A stretch of 64,000 nucleotides of DNA from Massalongia carnosa (lineage: Eukaryota): contig OZ287073.1 in the NCBI GenBank assembly GCA_965645245.1, positions 1,488,001 through 1,552,000 on the forward strand, read 5' to 3'. Made by a program: the position numbers and the translations under genes. Under the pieces are notes generated by a model. That model did not search any database. It was not told the DNA's origin and saw only the letters and a list, made by a program, of their open reading frames with translations. Within the stretch, counting starts at the first letter, position 1, and each line of letters begins with the position of its first letter. Shown here one piece after another: positions 11,581 to 21,778 of this stretch.

Positions 11581-14149
11581 AATTGGCGACTCTCCGCTGA
11601 TATAAAATTCAATCTCGACTTAAGATAGTTCTTTTCCACATCATGTAGTGGTTCAATCCACCTCAAAAATCTCTATCACCTTAGCATCGTTCACATCCGT
11701 CATCAGTAGGTTCCAGAAATTTCGGTCTGACGCTCGTGAGGGGCGGTACGACCGGAAATCAGAAATGTAACCATTTAGCATTGGACGCTATATGTTATTT
11801 TCAGGACTGTTGAGGTATTCACTCAACCACTTGTTCAAGATTTTTCTTTCCACGGGCTTCCCTTGCGGTTTTTTTCTTTGAACTGAAACACGAACATGAG
11901 TTCGTGATCTATTCACCGCAAAACTCTACTTTGAAGCCCAAGGCCGTTGTGAGACCAAGAACAAGAGTTCTGGAACACTTGATTAAGATTAGACGAGTGG
12001 CAATATCATTAAAAAATCAATTACACTACGGCAAGAATCCCTGGTACGCAGGAAGAGAATGTATCCTTTAGAGCCTTCAGTTGTGTCTATTACAATTTCC
12101 ATCGGTCCTATTCGCTTTTTTTGATACTACACTGACCATCGCTGATCAGAAAGTCATCAATATTCCTTTAGAAAACTTATAAATGTAATAGTATGAATTC
12201 ATGAAAACCCTTGTCATACAATTTGCGAAATTCAATTTTTTTTTAAAGATAGCGCTTCGAGATGTACCCAGTCTACAAAAAGAGTTCTCCACCATCCCAA
12301 AAATCCGGTTGGGGGAGTATTTGAGAAACTAATCATCGAGAGATAGCCAAACCAACTGTTAGACCTCGCTTGCTCATTAAAGTCATTCGACTTCATTCAC
12401 TCTTGGTCGTTCAAGCAGCGTCTTTTCAGTGAAACGATTCCGGACCGGACGTTCAAGCTTAGCAACGCTTGCAAACTCATAGAGAGTCGCTGTATCTTAT
12501 TGCAGAATCTGACTTGGCTAATACGTTATGGATAACCTGCTTTTGCATGGATGAATACAATAGAGTATGGTTAGAGTGGTTCTTCTTTATATCGTTGATC
12601 CGTTGAAGAAGTATCAAGGCTTTACTCCAAGAACAGTAAGAGATAATAAAGATTATTGCGCTTGTTCTTCTGGTAATCGTTCTGTTTCTTCTTAATTCAA
12701 TTGAAGAGATCTTCTTAAGCGTTTTGATTCACAACCCCGCTTAAAACCTGTGTTCCTAAATCCGTGCATTAACGATCAAGATGTGAGCGCGTTTGCTAGT
12801 TTCTATGCAGGATGCGAAGAAGTCTGGATATTAAGATATATGGTATGATCCGAGGTATTTATAGTTCCTAGATCTAACTTTGAGATGCACCAGATTCAGT
12901 TAGGAGAGAACAAACAGCAACAGTGCGTGCAGTTTACCCATCATGGCTTGCACCGCCTCTCTATCAGAGACGATCGATTAACATTGGATTTGCTAATCAT
13001 ATTTATTTATTGCTAGGACGCCTCAGCTTCCTCTATCAGCATGTTGAGAAGCTCCCCTGTATCAGCCTAATACCGTATAATTTGGCAAATAAGACCCTGA
13101 TCTTATGAATCAGTTGGTCGTCGGAGGGCTATTTGAAACTGAGTCTTATAACCAGAGAGGTCTTATAAGCAGGTTCCGTATGAGGACAGGGAAGAAATGG
13201 TTCAAATGGCTGTTTGGAACCTGTTCTTGTAGCTAAAAGGGGGGTTGAGCTAAGGAGGGGTTACTTACCAATTACTATGGTAGAGGTAGGTACAAGTTCT
13301 AGAAGTTTTACAGGAAAAAAACTCTGCCATCTTGAGCTAACCGCAATCTAAACTCCTTATAGAAAAATCTTTCAGTATATCATCCAAGCATCTACTATCA
13401 AAAACTAATACATACTGTCACAACGTTTGGCTTCAGAACTACAGAAGCCAGGATATATTGGGTGCATAAGTAGCCATGCAACAGGCTCTTATTTAAGAGG
13501 GCTGCAACGATTGCTCTAAAGTACCTGTGGATACTTTAGTGGCGAGTTGTTCATGTTTTCACATTACTACAAGACTATCTATTAGAAGCATGCTCGTCGG
13601 ACTGACCGGTAATTGAAATGGAAGAGTTTTGCAGATGTGAGAGCGAAGTATAAATCGGGACTTACTTGTTGATATTCGTTAATGCTAGGGTTATATATAC
13701 CAGATTTTACTTTCCCTGAACTTGACCACAGCACAAGCCTTTGGAATCCATAGTTTATGTTGAAGCAAGGCAAAATAGACCTTCTTGGGCTATGTTGCTT
13801 CTTAACTAAGCGCTTCCAATAAACAGTCACGGATCGATTAAGAGTAGCTAATGGCAGGTGCAGAAGAGGGCGTTAGAACTGCATGATTCTTTGCAATTCC
13901 TCATGACGTAGAGGTCGAGAGTAGACTTCTAACTTTAACGCCTTGTGTTGTGAAATCAATCTTCACTTATGCATAGCAGTCCATCACTTGAACGGTTGGT
14001 CTTTGATCCGAGCAATTAGATAGCCCCTGAACAACACTTTTGCTCTTCTTTTACTTGTCCGACTGTATTGGGCTACGAAAAAGCTACGATGACGGAAACA
14101 AAACTAGCTGAGGTATCTATCATCACAACATCGTTTTACTATCATTGAC

Positions 14150-15057
14150 ATGTCATACCATGGTTCTTTACCTACTCACATTGCTGACTTAAACCAGCTC
14201 CTCAGAATGCTCATCACAGCAAACCATATTCTGCATTATCACAGCGTAGTGGACGCATACGGCCACATTTCAGTCCGACATCCCTCCAACCCAGAAACCT
14301 TTATCATGTCGGGATATCTCGCGCCCGCCCTGGTGGAGTCGCCCAGCAACCTGATAGAATACCACATCCGAGACGCCTCCCCCGTGGATCCGCAGGCCGC
14401 ACCAGGCTACTCGGAGCGCTTTATCCATAGCGAGATTCTGAAGCGTTTCCCAGCCGTGAACTGCGTGCTACATAGCCATGCAGAAGCCGTTTTACCCTAC
14501 ACTGTCACCGGCGTGCCAATGCTGCCTGTATTTCATATGGCAGGGTTTCTCGGTACATGTTCTGAAAATGGGGTTTCTGGGATTTCATACTGCTAATCGC
14601 TGGTTCAGGTCAGCGCGTGCCTACTTTTGATATCGAACCTTTATATGAACCAGGCGAAGACCAAGATATGCTGGTTAAAAACGCGCGCTTCGGCTCTGCG
14701 TTGGCTGCGGAGTTCTCAGCTGTGCAAGGCCAGCCATCCACGGAGCCTGCATCTCCAGATTACAATGTTGTTCTGATGCGGAAGCACGGTTTCACAACTG
14801 TAGGGCCAGACATTGAGACAGCTGTCTACCGCGCCATTTATACGCAGACCAATGCACGCCTGCTAACAGAATCGATCGCCCTTCAAAATGCATATTGGGG
14901 TGATTCGGGAGGAGTCTCCTCGGACTGGGCAGTCAAGGGTTTGACTTTAGAGCAAACGCTTGGAAGCGCCAAGATGAACGAGCAGACGCAGGATAGGCCG
15001 TGGAAACTTTGGACGAGAGAAGTTGAGGCTTCGCCCCTTTATATTAACAAAGCCTAG
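14150..15057 (+). CDS. Class II aldolase/adducin-domain protein (possible decarboxylase)
   Basis: ANHILH..VVDAYGHISVR, SERFIHSEI, VLHSHA, VVLMRKHGFT metal-binding motifs; intron 14553-14608. Confidence 0.92.
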
Positions 15058-15599
15058 AAGTTTGGTTCTGATAAAAGCGCATGCGGCTGGGACGAAAATA
15101 CCGGCTATATTTATCTTGGGGCTTTTTAAAGCCGAGAATGGGGGGTTTTCCAGGCGTTCTGTAATTGGTGAGATGCTTAAGAATCAGTCTTTGTAAAGTT
15201 TCCTGTGTTTATCAAAACATGCAAGTATACGAGCAAGTCTTAGGAAGAGTAGTCAGCCTTAGGCTCTACTGGACCTGTGGCAAGTCTAAACGCTGGTGCT
15301 AGTCACCTTATCGCTTAGCTAGTATGTACCTGCCAGTGCCGCCTTCTTGCCTTCTTGCTGCCCCATCGCGCATTAATCGACTTTTCAGTCTTATATCTCA
15401 TGGTTGGATCGTTCTACGTTCTTGTTCTCGCTGCGTCGAGAAAAAGATCGAATGTCGAATAATACTTGCGCATGCTCAATGCGCTCAACCTGTTCTGGCC
15501 ATCGATTTTGTAACGTCGAGGCCTCATGTATGTAATTCGTTATAACTGCTTTAATTATTGTTCCCGATGATTTCATGACGTAACGTACACCTCTCCGAA

Positions 15600-17200
15600 T
15601 GTCTTGAGTTGTTCTTGATTCTGAAAGACTTACGAAGTGTCGTGCCATGGTTTGATTCTTTGAAGGAGTAGTGTGTTGTTGTTTCTTTCTTTCTTTTCTT
15701 TTCTTGCTGACCTCCTCTCTAGTGAAACGGGTTATTCAAACTCGTGAACGCCTTCCGGAGGAGCTTGGCTCTCTTTCGATTATGGCTTCTCTTCTGACGA
15801 AGCGCTTTAAATAGTCTTTCGCTGTTCTCGAGAAGTCGTCAAGAGACTTGACTGAAGTGACTAAAAAGTCTTCTTTCCTTACTCGAGCCTTGACCAACCT
15901 CGATCGGAGAAAGTCTCACCTCTTCCAGTCAGAAATTTTTATCAATAAGACATTGAATGAAGCTCACTCGTCTTCTATTCAGCTCTCGTCCTCAAAACTT
16001 ATCACGATATCCTCGCTTGATGGTTCGGCCCCCCATGGTCCCTCGACTTAAAATCCCTCATCGATATCGGATTTTGACTTTCTTTCGCCCTTCCTTTCGG
16101 ACGTTCATCAAATAAATCTTTGATCCTTTTTCAGTCTGTTCTGTTCCTAAAATTACATATTGTTGTGTTGATTGTTTTATCTTGAACGTTTTTTTAAATC
16201 ATTAAAGCATTGTTTCACACGAGAATGATCTTTCTCGTGAGCGTTTCTTTTCATAGGCTTATTTCTAGTTCTTAAACACGTTCGCTCGCCATGTAGTTTG
16301 TCTCGTTCTTGGCCTTTAAGATCGCCACTACTCTTAATTTTTTAACTGTCATCATTGCCAGGCGTGTTGAGCGCGGCGAGAGTACTTTCTACGCATCGTG
16401 ATGTTTGACGAAGCATGATGCAGCGTCATGGTATGCTAAATAAACCCATAAATATCTAAGCAATATGCTAAAGCGTACTATCAGGATTCAGAATTCAGAA
16501 TTTCATCAGACTCTTCGTCTACTTTCGATATTCTTGTGAATTTTGGCATGTCGGAAGGAATCACTAAAGAATATATTGCTGCGGCACTCGTCATAATCTT
16601 GACGCTCCCTGAGCATATCGTTAATGTTAATGATCCGACAATGCCCGAAGATCTTTCCGCTGTGACTGACGACAATTTGAAGTGATCAAGCGAGCGATGT
16701 CTTGACATGTGCTATGAGAGGGTTACCGCTCATCAACCTCTCAGTAGCGTCTTGGACAGAGACTTTACAATCCTTTCTACAAATAGGTTGTCACTCAATC
16801 GCCAATCGGACATGTTTCATATCACACACGTGTGAGTTTAGCTTTGTCAATCTCTTTAACACTAACGTCGTTGTGCTCTTCACAATCTCGCCGTCATTTG
16901 ATGAGACAACGATCTCGAATTAAAAGTGTAGTCAAAGCGCATTTGCCGCATAATCATCAATTTCTACGACATAGAGCATTTTAAATAGTGGAGACTATCA
17001 GCTCAACAGAAATCATCGAATAGAAGAGATGATAATGTGATGTGAGGAAAGTTGAACACAATGTGAAATGCTGACTTCTTGAGCATCTGCGCTTGAAAGG
17101 TGTAGAATTTGTGAACATCAGGAGGGAGAGAATAGGACGAGAGAAGAAAGAAAAGAATAATGTTTTGAGAAGTGACGCCTTCATAAAAGATGATTCCTCT
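15600..17200 (-). mobile_element. Heavily decayed pogo/Fot1-like transposase relic (boundaries uncertain)
   Basis: Minus-strand fragments resemble degenerate LLxxDGHxSH..LPxH motifs and a K/R/E-rich C-terminal tail (KRIKDLFDE, LSP..); many stops. Confidence 0.35.
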
Positions 17201-18182
17201 GCTGCTTAACTGGTCGTGCAATGTCGTACTCCGCCGTGGCTGCCACCCGCGCTACGGGCTCTTCTGCTTGGAGCATATCGCCACTGACCGATTCCACACA
17301 ATCTGAAAAAAGAGTAACCTCAAAGTCCGGTTGTCGGTTCGTGCTCTACACAATCACGGTTCGAGCTAGCTCCCCCCCTTTTTCCCTGTTCACACCCTTT
17401 CACAGGGTCCCAGCTTTCTCCAGATTTCACCCGGATGGATATTTGTTTTGATCCGATCAAAACGAGCAGTTATCTTCTCCTTCCGGCAACGCGTCCATCA
17501 TCTACAGTACAGGCACCTAACATTTACTCACACGGCTGCCTCATCCGACCTTGGACTTTGGTTTCTTTTAACGTACGCCGACAAGGCTCGACGCATTCCG
17601 TCACTCGTCGAAGCTTGCGTCATTTCATTGCAAGCGGTTTACATGTTTTATCTACGAGTGCGGATACCATATGTAGGATGGTACATTCATTATGAGGTAT
17701 TGGAACCTACAGCCTCATCAAGGGATATGTAATGTGCCTCGTTTTGAGGGCCTTGAAAAGTACATTCTAATTCCGGGGGGCCGTGAAATCTACAAGCCCA
17801 TAGAGGCCTAACCATGTATAGCAAGGCTTCGCAGTCGCTTTTCTAATGATGACCAAATCAAAGCACAACTAAATATGAACCACGAGTGTTCTACCGTGGT
17901 CCTTTAGTACTGAAGGTTGCCGCCCACTTTTCCTGACGTCTGACTTTGCTCTATCCCCGGCACTTGCTATGTTCTATCTCAATCGACCTTTTCAATCTTC
18001 TATTTCCTCTCAACAATTCGATCGGTTTTTTATATCGTTATCTATGTTTTTTTTGCTTCGTAGATTGACCGCAGAGTATCGCGATGTATCGACAACAGAA
18101 CTTGTTCGCGCTTTCGTTAGAATCTGATTCATCTCGTATGACGAAATGTGAATGCTTGTCGACAACACAATCTGATAATCCT

Positions 18183-18422
18183 TGTCACGATTCTACACGG
18201 CACGACCTCGGCACTCGGCACCGCCTAGGGCAATCGTAGATGGAACACGCAGGCACTTTCGATTTCGTTCCTGCAGTTACCAGAAGGTTCCATCACATGG
18301 GTACTAGCGCAGTAGAGGATATATAGGAGCAGGTTCGGGTTGTCGATTGTGTTTTTCCTTCTTTATCTTTATTGTATTCGTTTCTAGTGTTCCTATGACT
18401 TGTCTCTAGGTAGATCATAACA
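18183..18422 (+). mobile_element. Solo LTR of an LTR retrotransposon (240 bp)
   Basis: Starts TGTCACGA, ends TCATAACA; perfect 5-bp TSD ATCCT (18178-18182, 18423-18427); internal TATATA followed by a T-rich tract. Confidence 0.88.
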
Positions 18423-19343
18423 ATCCTCTTTCGTGTAATTTTTCAAGACGAATCATGAGGCGAAATGAAAAAGCTTGAGATTTAAGTCTTCTTTTAAGTC
18501 AGTCGTGTCGTCGAAATATCAAAAGATATTGTAGATTTAGAACCTTATCAGAAGACGGAAATTTTAAACAAACTTATCTTCTCGCACACGCGTTTTGCAC
18601 TTAAGGATTCATTCAACTTTTTCAGAGCAATTCATATGATCATCATGGAGCAACTCTTATAAAGTCTGTGTTCTACTCGTATCGAATTAAGCATGAAGTC
18701 AATGACTGTGAAAATATCGCCGGCTGAATCTACAAATAATTCCTTCGCTTTGTTTATCCAATTGTCATATGATTGACTCTTGATCACTTTAAGCTCAATA
18801 CTTGACATTTTTCACTTCCTCAAATCGTCATTGAGAATTCGATTAAAGATGCTTCACAATGTCGCTAGCCTTCGAGGATAAAGAGCTCGTATTGAAAAAG
18901 TCTTCGACATCGTGAATGTGACGGTTCAACCAGGATGTGGAATTGACTATCTACTGGGAAGCTATGCACTAGAAAATATCAAAGATGCAGAAAAGAAACA
19001 AGCAAAGGGTGTCCTCTCTAGGAGTCTATATAGATAATCGCTTGGCCCGATCCAGCTGCTTGTGTCTTCATCAATAATTGAACAGTTTGGTCAAACAGTC
19101 TTTCTGTCCTTTGTCCCTTTCATCCATTTGTATTTGCTTCAGAAGGTCGTTCCAATGCGTCCTTTTCAGTCCTTTCAGACCTCCGTTGATTGCCCCTATG
19201 ATTGCTTGATGGTGACCACCTACGGTTTCGGTAGAGGGAAATAAGGTTTAGCGTCCCGGAGCTTTCGGTCCCTATGACCGTCCAATCCACCGCTAAAAGG
19301 GTGAGTAACGGAAGCGGTTAGTGCGCCGGCAGATGCGCCTTGG

Positions 19344-20679
19344 CACGCGGGTGAAAAAAAAAGGGCAAGGTGAGCCGAAACTCCCCCACCAAAAATTACC
19401 TCCCCTTTTCCTTCCCCATTTTCTAACATTTCAAATGCCATCCCACTACGATACACCTCAAAAGGCCAAGGTGCAGAGAGCTTATGAATTTCTTCTTGCA
19501 ATTTTGCAAAAGGCATTTCCATCGATCCTCGAGAGATTTTTCAGCATTTTGGCATTCGAAGCGAGAGACAGGGCCATAAGATCATTCGAAACGGAGCATC
19601 TTTTAGAAGAAGACATCATTCAACGCTCGTTGAGACAAGCGGTCGCAAATCAAAAGTCACGGAAGCACAAATACAGGAGGCAGATCACATTCTACAAGAT
19701 GAGGGGCTACAGTTGGAAGGAAAATGATACACATGGGAACAATTGGCTATGGAGATTGGGGCCGACGTTGTCGGTCGTACAATGCACAATGTTATGTCGG
19801 CTGCTCTAAACTATGAGAAATGTCTGGCCTGCGTCAAGGGATGGCTGGCCGACCCACCTATGGAAAGACGGGTCAAATTTGCTCACATGATGCTAACCAG
19901 ATATCCCAAACCAGAGCAATGGGATCGCGTACGATTTAGTGATGAGATTCATTTTGGATATGGGCCGGAAGGACAGTTACGAATCATTTGTCAGCCCGGA
20001 ATATGATATCGTTGGGATTGCATAGAGCATCGTGACCCGCCTCCTGAGAAAGATCGAAAACGAAAACATTGCTGGGCTGCAATTGGCTACAATTTCAAGT
20101 CGGATATTATCTTTTATGACGTGCCGGGCAACAGCAATGGTAAAATGACTCATCAGGTGTATATTGAATCCGTTCTTGACCCCGTCGTCAAGCCCTGGCT
20201 GGAGCGTGGGGATGACTTCGTACTTGAAGAAGATGGAGACTCTGGTCATGGCACGAGCAAGACAAGAAATGCCGTCAAGAAATGGAAGGAAGATCATCAT
20301 TTAGAGCATTATTTCAATTGTGCCTCATTACCTGATTTGTCCCCTATAGAAAATTGCTGGCAGCCAGCGAAGCAGCATGTTCGAAAGTATCCTCATTGGG
20401 ACGATGTCAGCTTGAAGAAGCTGATTAGGGATGGATGGGAACGGGTGACGCAGGAATTCATCAATGAAAGAGTTCGATCAATGCCCAAACGATTGGAAGA
20501 GGTAATTAGGGCTGAGAGGGCGATGACTGGCTATTGAATAGAATGTATGTAGAATTTCAATGGTCATACGAATTGAAATGTTGAATGGGGAAGAAGATGG
20601 GGAAGAAAAAAGGGAAGAAAAGGGTAAGTTTTGGTGGGAGAATTTCGGCTCACCTTGCCCTTTTTTTTTCACCCGCGTG
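19344..20679 (+). mobile_element. IS630/Tc1-like DNA transposon with CACGCGG ends and 5-bp TSD
   Basis: 37-bp identical TIRs CACGCGGGTGA9GGGCAAGGTGAGCCGAAA extending imperfectly to ~57 bp; direct repeat CTTGG at 19339-19343 and 20680-20684. Confidence 0.93.
19435..20537 (+). pseudogene. Tc1-type DDE_3 transposase (DD38E), inactivated
   Basis: WDRVRFSDE, FVLEEDGDSGH, SLPDLSPIENCW; 8-nt insertion near 19500 and TGA stops at 19725 and 20004. Confidence 0.9.
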
Positions 20680-20707
20680 CTTGGGTGGATGTGGTTGAAC
20701 CATGACA

Positions 20708-21778
20708 TGAGGCATAAAAATATTACGACCGTTCTCGTTGAGAATGTGCCTCAGGCACCACGATACATTTATGGAATCACGCTTCATCTATTGGCTTATC
20801 CGTCTCTTCTAAACAGTTTAGGAATAGATCATACAACATTTCGGAAGCAGTTAGGGGTTACAGCCCCTAACAGCGCAATGGAGAGCCAGTTTACAGACTC
20901 AAATTCAATGGTGGTTGAGACTGATCTTGTATCTTTTCGATGTCATCGTGGCAAATTGGAAAGGCTGCTCCAAGAAGACCAACTGATAAGATGGGGAAAT
21001 GAGGTTAGAGAAGTCGAGACAGCTGCTGAAAAGATAGCCCTGCAGCTGAAGAATGGGAATATCATTAAGGCAGCATTTTGATTGGAGCCGACGGTGTTCA
21101 TTCCCAGATTCGCAGGTTATTGGCACCTGAGATCGAACCCAGAATACTACCATATGTTGTCTTCATTGGCAAGCGACGTATGGAAATTGGTATGTATCAA
21201 GAGATCTATGCACCGTATATGCAAGGCTTCACTAAACTCGAGACACGATACTATGACACATAAATGGAAATCTCCATTAATGAGCATAATGCAACAAACA
21301 TTACCCTAAGCTACACATATTCGCGTCCTGTCCGTTACAACGACGCACATCATAAGCCCAACTGGGCCATTACGGGAGCAGCTGATATACCAGAAGAGTT
21401 CTATGACGAAGTAGCAGAGCTTAATGAATTAACACAGCCATTCAAAGAGGTTTTTGATAGTAAAAAATCCGTCAAGACCGTCATCTTCTGCACTGGTTAA
21501 TGCGAAGTCTCTTGGTCAGTCCCACTGATATAGTAAGCCTTGCAAGTCGGGGAGTGCTATTAATCGGTGATGCCGTCCACGCAATGCCAACACTTGGTGG
21601 CGAGGGAGCTAACCTAGCGATCAAAGATGGGTTTGATTTGCCAGAACATATCGCCGCCAATGGTCCCCTAGAGATCAAAAGCTTCTCTATGGCTAGATAT
21701 GACAGCTGGAGAGTGACTGTTGAAAAGACTGAGAAAAGACTAACTGAGATGCACGAGCCGACCGCGTTCTCTATATAG
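20708..21778 (+). pseudogene. FAD-dependent monooxygenase pseudogene
   Basis: YGITL, HRGKLERLL, IGADGVHSQIR, LLIGDAVHAMP..GGEGANLAIKD motifs in three frames; frameshifts near 21078 and 21465, TAA at 21261; 5' end cut by the LTR. Confidence 0.88.

Larger units (their letters stand above)
18917..20707 (-). mobile_element. Probable solo LTR (~450 bp net) interrupted by a DNA transposon
   Basis: TG..CA ends with 16-bp inverted similarity (TGTGACGGTTCAACCA vs reverse complement TGTCATGGTTCAACCA); on the minus strand a TATATAG then a T-rich tract; flanks TGAA/TGAG match only imperfectly. Confidence 0.65.

Noticed and set aside
15390..15540. CSRCVEKKIEC Zn-cluster-like fragment
   Set aside because: Incomplete cysteine pattern within decayed repeat-like DNA; no supportable gene
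20560..20707. Apparent transposon-monooxygenase fusion ORF (20560-21081)
   Set aside because: Chance read-through from TIR/LTR sequence into a pseudogene that is frameshifted downstream
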